The notes: generated by a model not told the origin, from the sequence alone. A stretch of DNA of 64,000 nucleotides from Chitinophagaceae bacterium (GCA_947452965.1 CANGEW010000004.1:22955-86954); one strand, 5' to 3'. Positions 41,628 to 51,768 are shown, counted from the first letter of the stretch. Numbers and translations: made by a program.

Positions 41628-42305
41628 ATGACAAAACTATATTTTAAACATATTTTCTCGTTCTTAGTTTTCTACTTTGTAACCATTAGTTGTTTTGCAC
41701 AATACAAAGAGTACAAATTGAATCCAAACGGAGACACCATCAATATTATCAACAAAGAGGGAAAAAAAATTGGTAAATGGGTAGTTGAAATGCCAGAGCT
41801 TAGAGGGGAGCCTGGATATGTAGAAGAGGGCATTTACTTGAATGGATTAAAAGAAGGTTTTTTTAGAAGATATACTATTCAAGGCGATTTGTTGGCCGTA
41901 GAAAATTATTTCCAAGGTGGAAAAGAAGGTCTGCAGCAGTATTTTACTTTTATGGGTAATTTAGAACATGAAGAATATTGGAGAGCCTATAATCCAGATC
42001 ACCCGTATGATACGATTGCTATTTATGGGGATGGCAATAACGAAATCAACAGTTTTAAAGTGGTAAAAGCTGAGACCTACAGTGTAAAAGATGGCGATTG
42101 GAAATATTACGAACCCGAAACGGGCAGAGTAATTCGCGTAGAAAAATGGGATAGAAATTTATTGGTAAAACCTGAGTCAGCTAAAGCCGTAACTACCGCT
42201 CCCGCAAAACCAAAAAAGGTTGAAAAAACTGCTGAAATGCTAGAGTGGGAAAAAAAGAACTCAGGTAAAAAAGGTGGTTTCCGTGATGGTGGAACCCACC
42301 TTTAG
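41628..42305 (+). CDS. Secreted MORN-variant repeat protein (YwqK-like)
   Basis: Signal peptide from ATG 41628 (..SCFA-Q); GKKIGKW, EEG.YLNGLKEG, KDGDWKYY. Confidence 0.7.
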   Translation: MTKLYFKHIFSFLVFYFVTISCFAQYKEYKLNPNGDTINIINKEGKKIGKWVVEMPELRGEPGYVEEGIYLNGLKEGFFRRYTIQGDLLAVENYFQGGKEGLQQYFTFMGNLEHEEYWRAYNPDHPYDTIAIYGDGNNEINSFKVVKAETYSVKDGDWKYYEPETGRVIRVEKWDRNLLVKPESAKAVTTAPAKPKKVEKTAEMLEWEKKNSGKKGGFRDGGTHL

Positions 42306-42311
42306 CTATTA

Positions 42312-44681
42312 TTAATCATTAAGTTTTTTTTGCATTGGGTTTTTGCCCCCTGAGGATCCTCTGGGTGAGTTTTGTTTTCCTTTGAAGAGTTCGAATTTAC
42401 TAGGCTCTTGTGTAATAGGCCATTGATTATTTTTTTCGTCAATGTCGGCTGTTTCTCTATATGGATCTAATTTGATTCCAATAACTTCTTTGTCTTTTAT
42501 AAAAGTTTTAATCACATTGTTTTCATTTTTTCTCCAAATGTTAACGCCAATACGCTCAATTTCCTTTGATCCGTCTTTATAGGTCCATTCTATAATTAAC
42601 GGCATTACCAATCCGCCTTTATTGCTAATATTCAGTTCGTACATTCTTTTTGTCCCTGCTATTTTTATCTTTTCTTCGGATGAGAATGTTTCAGCTTTTG
42701 GTTCAGTCGCAGGAACTACAAACGCAGATGTATCTATATGAACCAAGTTTCTGTCGTATTTCCAGTAAAAGTCTCTTAAAGTTGTGTCTGCATCAGTAGC
42801 AAATACAATGCTTGAGTCTTCTCTGTTTCTTATTTTTGAGATATCGTCGTAATTGTTTTGAATAGGTTTGGCTACCGGGATCACTGAAGGAGCTGTGTTT
42901 CCCGAACTTTCGGTGCTTTCAGTATTTAATACGGCATATTTTACTGAGTCTAAAGAGATGTCTACAGGGTCAGTATTGTAGAACCAGCCTCTCCAAAACC
43001 AGTCTAAATCTTCAGCACTTGCATCTTCCATGGTTCTGAATAAATCTGCAGGAGTGGGGTGTTTGAAAGCCCATCTTTTACAATACTCTTTAAAGGCATA
43101 ATCAAAATTTTTACGCCCCATGATGGTTTCTCTTAAGATGTTTAAGCCTGTAGCAGGCTTTGAATACGCATTGGGTCCAAATCGAATGATGTTTTCGCTG
43201 TTGGTCATGATAGGCTCCAATTGGTCTTTGGGTAATTTCATGTAGTCAACTATTTTATATGCAGGGCCTCTGCCAACAGGAAATTTATTATCCCATAATT
43301 CTTCAGTAAGGTATTCTACAAAAGTATTGAGTCCTTCGTCCATCCATGTCCATTGTCTTTCATCGCTATTAATGATCATGGGGAAAAAATTATGACCTAC
43401 TTCATGAATTACCACACCCAGCATACCGTTTTTGGTGGCTTCACTGTAGGTGCCATCTTTTTCGCATCGTCCATAGTTGAAACAAATCATAGGATATTCC
43501 ATGCCGTTAGCAGCTTCTATGCTTTGAGCTACCGGATACGGATAGGGTATAGTGAACTTAGAGTAAGATTTGATAGTATGTGCTATTACTTTACTGCTAT
43601 ATTTTCTGTATAGATTATAAGCCTCTTTTCCATACGCGCTCATGCACATTACTTTTTTCCCATCAACAACAGTGGGTAATGCATCCCAAATGAATTTTCT
43701 ACTGCTACCCCAAGCAAAATCGCGAACGTTATCAGCTTTAAAGATCCATGTTTTCTTTTGAGTGCTTTTTTGTTTTTCTCTAGCAGTGGCTTCGGCATAG
43801 GTTACTACTTCGGTTACATCCTTTGCTTTTTGAGCCGCTTGCCATCTTTTATATTGTTCTGGAGATAATACTTTTTGATAGTTTTGACATTGGCCAGTTG
43901 CCATCACTACATGATCTGCTGGAACAGTCATGGCTACATGATAGTTTCCAAAAATTAAAGCAAATTCTCCTGATCCAGCAAATTGATGATTTTGCCATCC
44001 CTGAAAATCGCTGTAAACACATAGTCTTGGAAACCACTGAGTCATGGTATAGATATCATTTCCATCTTCACTGAAATACTCATAGCCGCCTCTGCCACCA
44101 TATTTGGTTCGTTCAATAATATTGTAATTCCATTCTATGATACAGGCAAATTGTTTTCCAGGTTGCAGTGGGGTGGGCAGTTCAATTCGCATCATCGTTT
44201 TATTGATAGTATATGATAGACCTTTACCATTAGTGGAAGTTACTTTAGTGATATTTACACCATACTCTCTATCTTTTTTACCTTGAATTCTGTCAATATC
44301 CTGAGTACTTAATTGGTTGGGCATACTGTTACTATTTTCGTATCCCGAATTATTGGTTGCGCTATGCTCATTTTCATCCAATTGCAACCATAGATAGGTA
44401 AGTACGTCTGGAGAATGATTAAAATAGGTCAACGTTTCTCTACCTTTTAATTTTCTATTCGTCTCATCGAGCTCGCAAGCAATATTATAATCACAACGTT
44501 GCTGCCAGTATTTTGATCCTGGTGCTCCGCTAGCTGTGCGGCACTCATTTGGAGTAGGAAGAATGGTTCCTAATTGTTCAAAACGGTTGCCGTGATTACT
44601 TCCTGGATTGTTTTTGATGTCTTGAGCTTGCACTAAACTGCAGCATACGATCAAACTAATCGAAAAGAAAATTCTTTGCAT
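42312..44681 (-). CDS. Secreted M1-family zinc aminopeptidase
   Basis: GMEYPM exopeptidase motif; HEVGH-x18-E (WMDEG); signal peptide. Confidence 0.93.
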   Translation of the reverse strand: MQRIFFSISLIVCCSLVQAQDIKNNPGSNHGNRFEQLGTILPTPNECRTASGAPGSKYWQQRCDYNIACELDETNRKLKGRETLTYFNHSPDVLTYLWLQLDENEHSATNNSGYENSNSMPNQLSTQDIDRIQGKKDREYGVNITKVTSTNGKGLSYTINKTMMRIELPTPLQPGKQFACIIEWNYNIIERTKYGGRGGYEYFSEDGNDIYTMTQWFPRLCVYSDFQGWQNHQFAGSGEFALIFGNYHVAMTVPADHVVMATGQCQNYQKVLSPEQYKRWQAAQKAKDVTEVVTYAEATAREKQKSTQKKTWIFKADNVRDFAWGSSRKFIWDALPTVVDGKKVMCMSAYGKEAYNLYRKYSSKVIAHTIKSYSKFTIPYPYPVAQSIEAANGMEYPMICFNYGRCEKDGTYSEATKNGMLGVVIHEVGHNFFPMIINSDERQWTWMDEGLNTFVEYLTEELWDNKFPVGRGPAYKIVDYMKLPKDQLEPIMTNSENIIRFGPNAYSKPATGLNILRETIMGRKNFDYAFKEYCKRWAFKHPTPADLFRTMEDASAEDLDWFWRGWFYNTDPVDISLDSVKYAVLNTESTESSGNTAPSVIPVAKPIQNNYDDISKIRNREDSSIVFATDADTTLRDFYWKYDRNLVHIDTSAFVVPATEPKAETFSSEEKIKIAGTKRMYELNISNKGGLVMPLIIEWTYKDGSKEIERIGVNIWRKNENNVIKTFIKDKEVIGIKLDPYRETADIDEKNNQWPITQEPSKFELFKGKQNSPRGSSGGKNPMQKKLND

Positions 44682-44723
44682 AAAAGATAAAATTGAAAGA
44701 TAAAAATAACAATTTTGCAGGGA

Positions 44724-45287
44724 TTATTGCGGCCATCTTTGATAACACATGTATAATCCTCCAATCAAAGCAAGTATAGACAATAAATATCCCCATAATT
44801 TGGGTGAGATCTTTAAGAATTTACTGCAGATGTACGACACCAAAAGCAGTAAAAAAATGTATCCGATTTGAGCTAATTCCAATCCAACATGAAAACTTGC
44901 TAATGGCAAGGCAATTCTTTCGTGTTTTCCCAGCATCATTCTAATAGTATTAGCAAATCCCATTCCATGTATCAAGCCAAAAAGTAGTGCCAATACATAA
45001 TTATAAGAAGTTTTTTTATAGATGAGATTAGCAAGTGAAGTTATTACAATGGTTACCGGGATAAAAAACTCTACCCAATTGCTATTCAATCGAATGAGGT
45101 TATATGCACTTAGGTATAAGGTAATTAAGTGGCCAAGGGTAAAAGCAGTGAGGGAGAAAATTAGTTTTCTTTTACTTTGATTGATATAGGTTGCCGTAAG
45201 CGCCATCATAAATAACAAATGGTCTGTCGCATCCAGTCTCAACATATGTTGCCAGCCCAATGAAAAATAAAAACAAAATTCATTCAT
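44724..45287 (-). CDS. HupE/UreJ family membrane protein
   Basis: LGWQH...DHLLF, TAFTLGH.ITL, FGLIHGMGFA, F.VGLELAQ. Confidence 0.9.
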   Translation of the reverse strand: MNEFCFYFSLGWQHMLRLDATDHLLFMMALTATYINQSKRKLIFSLTAFTLGHLITLYLSAYNLIRLNSNWVEFFIPVTIVITSLANLIYKKTSYNYVLALLFGLIHGMGFANTIRMMLGKHERIALPLASFHVGLELAQIGYIFLLLLVSYICSKFLKISPKLWGYLLSILALIGGLYMCYQRWPQ

Positions 45288-45330
45288 AGAGAAGTAGAGG
45301 TTAAACTGAATTTTTTATCTTTAGTGTTCA

Positions 45331-45338
45331 CAAAGATA
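45331..45338 (-). promoter_or_regulatory. -7 promoter element (TATCTTTG) for the HupE/UreJ-M1 peptidase unit
   Basis: TAnnTTTG on the minus strand, facing a plus-strand TATCTTTA at 45316-45323. Confidence 0.55.
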
Positions 45339-45340
45339 GC

Positions 45341-45871
45341 ATGATAAAAAAATCCATGGTAATGAAAATTCTTATTTGTTCAACACTTTTTCTATTGCTT
45401 GCTAATCATCAGAATCATGCAGAAAGGGTTCATCCAATTTATGTAAGTGTATTAGAAGTGGAGCATAATCAAAAAGAAAACAGATTGGAAATAAGTTGTA
45501 AGATTTTTACCAATGATTTTGAATCGATGCTAAAAAAAAATAACTCATCTGTAAAAATTGATTTACTAGGTGGCATGAATCAAAGTATCATGAAGCAATT
45601 AGTGAGTGACTATATAAAAAAGCATGTATCACTTCAAGTGGATGGAAAAATGCAATCAATGCAGTTTTTGGGGTATGAGCAGGCCGACGAATCTATTCAA
45701 AGTTATTTAGAAATTGATGGAGTTAAAGCAGTAAAGAAAATTACGGTTAACGACAATCTGTTGTATGAGTATAAATCAGAGCAGATGAGTATTATTCATG
45801 TAACTGTAAATGGAGTGCGAAAAAGCACTAAGCTCAATAATCCTGAAGAGGTAGCTGATTTTCGATTTTAA
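45341..45871 (+). CDS. DUF6702-family secreted protein
   Basis: Signal peptide, then HPIYVSVLEVEHN...LEISCKIFTNDFE. Confidence 0.8.
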   Translation: MIKKSMVMKILICSTLFLLLANHQNHAERVHPIYVSVLEVEHNQKENRLEISCKIFTNDFESMLKKNNSSVKIDLLGGMNQSIMKQLVSDYIKKHVSLQVDGKMQSMQFLGYEQADESIQSYLEIDGVKAVKKITVNDNLLYEYKSEQMSIIHVTVNGVRKSTKLNNPEEVADFRF

Positions 45872-45872
45872 G

Positions 45873-47171
45873 TTATTCTTCGTTCAATTCTTCTTTCAAA
45901 CTCTCAGAAATCGTGACAAGAATTTTATCAATTCTTTGCCCGTCCATATCAATGATTTCAAAATGGAAATCTTTCCAATTAAAAGATTCGCCGGTGTGGG
46001 GGATATGTTCTAATTGATGCAATACAAAGCCGGCAAGTGTATCAAACTCATGTTCTCCTTCGTTCATCCATTCTTCTTTGTCAAAGTAACTCAAGAAGTC
46101 GTAAAATTGAATGAGTGCGTCTACTAAAAAGCTTCCATCTTCTCTTTTAGAAATTTGATATTCTTCTTGCCCTTCTTGTGCAACTTCTCCTACAATCGCT
46201 TCCATGATATCATTAAGTGTTATCATGCCTTCTAATGTGCCGTATTCATTTACAATAAAGCAGGTATGAATTTTAGATGATTTTATTTTTTCCAGCAATT
46301 GATAGGCCTTGTTGTTTTCGGGAACGAACAATGCAGGCTTTAATAAAGTTTGCATGGTTGCTGTAGGACTTGCTTTTACTAAGTCTTTAACATACACTAA
46401 TCCCTTGGGCTCGTCAATCGTGCCTTCACAAATCGGATACGTGCTATACACAATATCTGCTAATTTATTTTTTACATCTTGAACGGTGTCGTTGATGTCT
46501 AACCAAATAATATCAGTACGATGTGTCATTAAAGAGGTGATATTTCTATCACCCAAGTGAAAAACTCGCTCAATGATTTCTTTTTCATCTTCTTCAATGG
46601 ACCCATGCTCACTACCTTCAGAAATCATGGCTTTGATTTCTTCTTCAGTTACAGCGGTATCTGAAGGTTTCTTAATGTTGAATATTTTAAAAATGATATT
46701 AGTGGCATTTGATAATAACCATACAAAAGGATACACAAGTGTAGACACCAAACTCATGGGGCCTGCAGCCAGTAGTGCAATTCTTTCTGAACGAAGTAAC
46801 CCCAGTTTTTTAGGGATGAGTTCCCCAAATATGATAGATAAAAAAGTAACAATCACTACTACCAGAGAGGTGGCTATCGTTGCAGCATATGGTTTCAAGG
46901 ATTCAAACTGTTCAATAAAGGGTTGTACGTCTTTGCTAAACCTTTCGCCTGAGTAAACCCCGGTTAAAATGGCGATTAGCGTCATGCCAATTTGAGCGGT
47001 GCTTAAAAATCTTTCAGGGTTGTCAATTAACTTGAGTGCTAATTTGGCTCTAAGATCGCCTTTGTTAGAAAGTGTTTCGATTCTGGCTCTTCTGGCACTA
47101 ATGAGAGCAATTTCACTCACCACAAAAAGTGCATTTACTAAAATGAGAGACAGTAGAATAAAAATTTCCAT
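45873..47171 (-). CDS. Hemolysin-like CNNM/CBS/CorC domain membrane protein
   Basis: FVVSEIALIS, FLSTAQIG, FGELIPKK, CBS pair, C-terminal TLAGF...DGQRIDK. Confidence 0.92.
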   Translation of the reverse strand: MEIFILLSLILVNALFVVSEIALISARRARIETLSNKGDLRAKLALKLIDNPERFLSTAQIGMTLIAILTGVYSGERFSKDVQPFIEQFESLKPYAATIATSLVVVIVTFLSIIFGELIPKKLGLLRSERIALLAAGPMSLVSTLVYPFVWLLSNATNIIFKIFNIKKPSDTAVTEEEIKAMISEGSEHGSIEEDEKEIIERVFHLGDRNITSLMTHRTDIIWLDINDTVQDVKNKLADIVYSTYPICEGTIDEPKGLVYVKDLVKASPTATMQTLLKPALFVPENNKAYQLLEKIKSSKIHTCFIVNEYGTLEGMITLNDIMEAIVGEVAQEGQEEYQISKREDGSFLVDALIQFYDFLSYFDKEEWMNEGEHEFDTLAGFVLHQLEHIPHTGESFNWKDFHFEIIDMDGQRIDKILVTISESLKEELNEE

Positions 47172-47232
47172 ATATATCAGAGAAGATAATTCATATAAAT
47201 ATAGGAATATAGTTTCAATTTTTTTTATTTGG

Positions 47233-48885
47233 TTAATTAAGTTGTGTTAACACAATTGTTTCGAGCTCCTTTGGTCGAAGTTGTGGATTCAAAAATCGTA
47301 TCGACAGCAGTGTAATTGGGTAATCAAAGCATTCGTATAATACTTGATAAGGTATATGTGTTGCTGCTAATTCGGGTAAGCTGTTCTTGGCAAGAATGAC
47401 ATATTTTTTATCTGAAAAATGAGGTAGACTATCGATTTTTATTACCGTTCCTTTTGCGTAAAAATCAAGACTTCTAAAAGTTTCATATTTATACACATAG
47501 GTGTTTTGAGTGGGTATGCGGTGTGTATACATAAAGTGTCCAATATTACTGCCCGCTTGATATTGAAGCAGGCTAGGATAAAAGAAACCGTTTAAAAACA
47601 CATTGATGCCTATGATGGTATACAAACTTAGGGTTAAGAGTAGGGAAGGTGATTTTTTTTGAAAAAATAACAGGAATATGAAACCAGCAAACCCAACCAT
47701 TGCAATACACGGAACTATAATTGAAATATTTTGAAATGGCCATACTAGTAAAACAATGAGAGAAACCCAAAGTAGAATAAAAACAAACTTATGAAAGTAA
47801 CACAGAGGCTTATACAGAATGGCATGTTTTTTTTCAAATAACAATTCGTAAATAAATTTTGCTGTAATAACGGCTGCAAAAGGGAAGGCAACAAAAATGT
47901 AATGAGGCAGTTGATATTTGCTGAGTGCAAGCGAAAGGTAGGTGAGTAGAAAGCCTCCTAGTGTAATCACTTCATTTTGTGAGGTTACAATGAATTTATT
48001 TTTGAATAGTATAATCGATTGCTGAACGAATCCTAAAAGAAAAAAAACAATCCAAGGCAGAAAAGACCATAACATATTTTCTAGTAGAAAAGAAAAGGGC
48101 GCACCGTTATTCCAGGGCGATTCGCCTGTGATTCTTCCAAAACTTTGCGACCAGTAAAAAAAGCGTAATCCTGATGTATGGGTTTGTCCGTTCACTATTT
48201 TTTCAGGATGTGCATCAAATTGCTGGAAAAGTCCATAGCTCATAGGGAGTAAGCAAATGGCTATTACAAATATTCCCAAAATCGTCTCCCACTTGATTAC
48301 TTTCTTTATGTCTTTATTAATGAGGAGATGTGTTCCAATTCCGAATATGGGTACTAGTAAGCCAATGGGACCTTTGGTCATCATAGCAATGGATATGCCA
48401 ATGCATCCAATAATTAAGTGCTTAATTTTATCTGTTTGTATCCAAGCAGTAAGTTGCCAAACACTAAAAATCACCATGCTTGTTAAAATACTGTCTGTTC
48501 TAATATCATGATTCATTAAAAAAAATCCTTGACAAGAGGCCAAAACAATTGCAGACAGTAAAGCAATGTTTTTATTGTAAAATAATTTTGAAAATTGGTA
48601 AGTAGAATAAACACCAAGTGTGGCAAAAAGAAAAGTTGGAAATTTGAAACCGAAATTATTAATGCCAAAAATTTTCATGCTTATAGCACTGATCCAAAAT
48701 AAAAAAGGTGGCTTGTCTAGATAGTCCTTACCCGAATCAAATACTTTTAAAAACGAATTGGTTTGAAGCATTTCTCTGCTGATGGAAGCATACTGAGCTG
48801 CGTCAATATTCATAACATCAATCCATATGCCGAGTATACAAACAATTGCTATAGAAAAAAAGATGAGTGTGTTGTTTTTTAACAT
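47233..48885 (-). CDS. ArnT-like/GT39 (PMT family) membrane glycosyltransferase
   Basis: DAAQYASISREM, YLDKPPFLFW, MTKGPIG, FLPW, SKYQLPHY; start moved to ATG 48885 to remove the overlap with the PAP2 gene. Confidence 0.88.
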   Translation of the reverse strand: MLKNNTLIFFSIAIVCILGIWIDVMNIDAAQYASISREMLQTNSFLKVFDSGKDYLDKPPFLFWISAISMKIFGINNFGFKFPTFLFATLGVYSTYQFSKLFYNKNIALLSAIVLASCQGFFLMNHDIRTDSILTSMVIFSVWQLTAWIQTDKIKHLIIGCIGISIAMMTKGPIGLLVPIFGIGTHLLINKDIKKVIKWETILGIFVIAICLLPMSYGLFQQFDAHPEKIVNGQTHTSGLRFFYWSQSFGRITGESPWNNGAPFSFLLENMLWSFLPWIVFFLLGFVQQSIILFKNKFIVTSQNEVITLGGFLLTYLSLALSKYQLPHYIFVAFPFAAVITAKFIYELLFEKKHAILYKPLCYFHKFVFILLWVSLIVLLVWPFQNISIIVPCIAMVGFAGFIFLLFFQKKSPSLLLTLSLYTIIGINVFLNGFFYPSLLQYQAGSNIGHFMYTHRIPTQNTYVYKYETFRSLDFYAKGTVIKIDSLPHFSDKKYVILAKNSLPELAATHIPYQVLYECFDYPITLLSIRFLNPQLRPKELETIVLTQLN

Positions 48886-48895
48886 ACTAGATAAT

Positions 48896-49471
48896 TTATG
48901 TAAGTTGGACCGCACCACACTTTTTAATAAAAATTTGGCCGTTAATCCATCCAATAGTGCATCCAAGAATCATTCCGCCTGTTACATCTAGCGGATAGTG
49001 GACTCCCACATATACTTGCGCATATGAAATCATTGCTGCCCAAATAAAAAATAACAAAGTAAATTTCCCCCAAACTTGTTGCATTGTCATAAAAATAAAC
49101 ATGGCTATGGCAAAATGATTGCTTGCATGAGAAGATGGAAAGCTTCCGTTTTGTCCACAATAACCAGCTAGCATTCTAATGTCGTTTGCAATGTGGATAT
49201 TATTACAGGGCCGAATCCTTCCAATAAGAGGTTTTAATACATGACTACTGATTACATCGGAAAAACTTATTGTAACAATGAGTTCAAAAATCCACCACCA
49301 TACTTTTTTTTGAAAACGCGTAAAAGCATATATAATTAAAAATAAATAAAGTGGCGCCCATGTTAGCGGCTGCCTGATTAATAATGCTACTTTATCAAAA
49401 ATAGGAAAATTTGCCTTTTGATTAATGAGGGTAAAAAGCCAATGATCTATGTCTATAATTTTTTTCAGCAT
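48896..49471 (-). CDS. PAP2-family phosphatase
   Basis: KPLIGRIRP (C1), FPSSH (C2), AQVYVGVHYPLD (C3 variant). Confidence 0.9.
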   Translation of the reverse strand: MLKKIIDIDHWLFTLINQKANFPIFDKVALLIRQPLTWAPLYLFLIIYAFTRFQKKVWWWIFELIVTISFSDVISSHVLKPLIGRIRPCNNIHIANDIRMLAGYCGQNGSFPSSHASNHFAIAMFIFMTMQQVWGKFTLLFFIWAAMISYAQVYVGVHYPLDVTGGMILGCTIGWINGQIFIKKCGAVQLT

Positions 49472-49481
49472 TAATTATAAA

Positions 49482-50225
49482 TTAGATGGTGTTTTTTTGA
49501 GCAATCAATATTAATCTGTTGGATTGTTCTTCATCATATTTATGCAGATGATAATCTCCGAAAATGGCTTTGATTTGAAGTCGCTGTTTTGCAAGCAATG
49601 ATTCAAAATCTTTTAGTGTAAACCTCGATACTTTCTCGGTAAATGAAATGGGTTGAGGTTCTTTGGGGTCTTCGATAAGAATTTTTTTATAAAAGGTATG
49701 TTCGTCATACCATCTGGTTATGGTAAATTCAATGCCATCGATGGTTTGTGATTCCTGATGAGACATGTTATTTTCAACATATTTTGCATTTAAATAATCA
49801 ATAACAAGAATGCCCCCATGCTTAATAGATTGCGCCATGGTTTGTATGGCATTGTCATTTTCTCTTGGAGTTTTGAAATAGCCAAAGCTGGTAAAAAAAT
49901 TAAATGCATAATCAAAATAATTCACCCAAAAAGTTTCTCTCATGTCGTGTTGATAAAAATGAAGGTTGTCATTTTCATGCTTCATGGCATCTTCAATACT
50001 GGCATTACTTAAATCAATACCTGTTACATCAAAACCTAGTTCAGCCAATTGTAAGGAATGTCTTCCTTTTCCACATGCTATATCCAGCATTCTCGCATCT
50101 TTGGAAGGAGATAAGTACTTTATTAATGTATCAATAAAAGTTTGAGCTTCATTGTGATCTCTTTTTTGATACAATAAATGATAGTAGGGAGAGTTGAACC
50201 AATCTTTGAACCAATTTTCTTGCAT
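49482..50225 (-). CDS. Class I SAM-dependent methyltransferase
   Basis: WFNSPYYHLLY, LDIACGKGRH, FTSFGYF. Confidence 0.9.
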   Translation of the reverse strand: MQENWFKDWFNSPYYHLLYQKRDHNEAQTFIDTLIKYLSPSKDARMLDIACGKGRHSLQLAELGFDVTGIDLSNASIEDAMKHENDNLHFYQHDMRETFWVNYFDYAFNFFTSFGYFKTPRENDNAIQTMAQSIKHGGILVIDYLNAKYVENNMSHQESQTIDGIEFTITRWYDEHTFYKKILIEDPKEPQPISFTEKVSRFTLKDFESLLAKQRLQIKAIFGDYHLHKYDEEQSNRLILIAQKNTI

Positions 50226-50229
50226 TTTT

Positions 50230-50237
50230 CAAAGGTA
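50230..50237 (-). promoter_or_regulatory. -7 promoter element (TACCTTTG) for the methyltransferase-PAP2-ArnT unit
   Basis: TAnnTTTG, 4 nt upstream of ATG 50225. Confidence 0.6.
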
Positions 50238-50370
50238 TAGCATTTTTTCTTTGAGTTCTTTTAATAAATACAGCGGCTTTTTGTAGGAATTATGATTATG
50301 GTAAGATTGGCCACAATCTCATGTCCACTCTCGCTAGTCTTTACTATCTTCGCACATAAATTTTGAATAG

Positions 50371-51768
50371 ATGTCTTTAATAAAAAGTATATCGGGTATT
50401 AGAGGAACCATCGGAGGGAAAACCGGTCATAATTTAACACCTGTTGATATTGTAAAATTTACTGCAGCTTATGGATCGTGGTTGTTGGAGTCTGTTAAAA
50501 AAGATAACAATCAAAAAGCGACGGTTGTGGTAGGAAGAGATGGACGTATTAGCGGAAATATGGTTAGCAATTTAGTCAATGCTACGTTAAGTTCACTTGG
50601 AATAAACGTAGTTGATGTTGGTTTGTCAACCACACCAACAGTGGAAATGGCTGTAACTTTTTTAAAGGCTGATGGAGGTATTATTTTAACAGCAAGCCAT
50701 AATCCAAAAGAATGGAATGCCTTAAAATTGTTGAATCAAAAAGGTGAGTTTATAAGTGGAGAAGAAGGAAAGTATATTTTGGAACTTGCTGAAAAAGAAT
50801 CTTTTTTATTTGCTGAAATTGATCAATTGGGTTCAATCACCGAGAATGATTCTATGTTAGAAAAACATATTGATTCTATTGTTGGACACAAATTAGTGGA
50901 TGTAAAAAGTATTTCTGCTGCTAATCTTTCCATTGTAGTGGATGCTGTAAATAGCTCAGGTGCCTTTGCTGTGCCAAAATTATTAAAAGCTCTGGGGGTT
51001 GAGAATATTACTGTCATCAATGAAGAAATCTCCGGAAATTTTGCTCATAATCCTGAACCTTTGCCAGAGCATTTAACAGAACTAAGCAGAGAAGTAGTGG
51101 CAAAAAAAGCCTCATTGGGTATTGCTGTAGATCCAGATGTAGATAGACTTTGTTTTGTTTGTGAAGATGGAACAATGTTTGGTGAAGAGTATACATTGGT
51201 AGCGGTAGCAGATTATGTTCTTAGTAAAAAGGTTGGAAATACAGTTAGTAATATGTCTTCAACAAAAGCATTAAAAGACATCACCCTCAATCGAGGGGGC
51301 GAGTATTTTCCAAGTGCGGTTGGCGAAGTGAATGTAGTGAAGAAAATGAAAGAAGTAAATGCTGTAATTGGCGGGGAAGGTAATGGCGGTATTATTTTCC
51401 CTGAGTTGCACTATGGCAGAGATGCTTTGATTGGTATTGCTTTATTTCTAACCCAATTAGTAAAGTCTAAAAAAACCGTAAAACAACTTAGAAATACGTA
51501 TCCAGATTATTTCATTAGTAAAAATAAAGTTACCCTCGAGGATGGCATCAATGTAGCATCCATATTTGATACCATTAAGTCCAAATACAAATCTAATCCT
51601 ATCAATACAGAAGATGGATTGAAAATCGAATTCGATAATGATTGGGTACACCTCAGAACAAGCAATACCGAGCCAATTATTAGAATATACGCTGAAAGTA
51701 ATTTTGAAACCACCGCCCAAAATATAGCAACGCGTTTGATTAAGGATATTCAGGAGTCTATTTTATAA
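50371..51768 (+). CDS. glmM: Phosphoglucosamine mutase / phosphohexomutase
   Basis: SISGIRG, TASHNP, DPDVDR, GEGNGG, RTSNTEP. Confidence 0.88.
   Translation: MSLIKSISGIRGTIGGKTGHNLTPVDIVKFTAAYGSWLLESVKKDNNQKATVVVGRDGRISGNMVSNLVNATLSSLGINVVDVGLSTTPTVEMAVTFLKADGGIILTASHNPKEWNALKLLNQKGEFISGEEGKYILELAEKESFLFAEIDQLGSITENDSMLEKHIDSIVGHKLVDVKSISAANLSIVVDAVNSSGAFAVPKLLKALGVENITVINEEISGNFAHNPEPLPEHLTELSREVVAKKASLGIAVDPDVDRLCFVCEDGTMFGEEYTLVAVADYVLSKKVGNTVSNMSSTKALKDITLNRGGEYFPSAVGEVNVVKKMKEVNAVIGGEGNGGIIFPELHYGRDALIGIALFLTQLVKSKKTVKQLRNTYPDYFISKNKVTLEDGINVASIFDTIKSKYKSNPINTEDGLKIEFDNDWVHLRTSNTEPIIRIYAESNFETTAQNIATRLIKDIQESIL

Noticed and set aside
41628-42305. YwqK-like protein as the antitoxin of a toxin-antitoxin system
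   Set aside because: No adjacent toxin gene; it has a signal peptide, and the similarity reflects generic MORN-variant repeats
45873-47171. Hemolysin as a virulence toxin
   Set aside because: The CNNM/CBS/CorC architecture indicates a Mg2+/ion homeostasis protein
50304-50319. Small dyad AGATTG-GCCA-CAATCT upstream of glmM
   Set aside because: Only a 6-bp stem; no recognisable riboswitch or operator consensus
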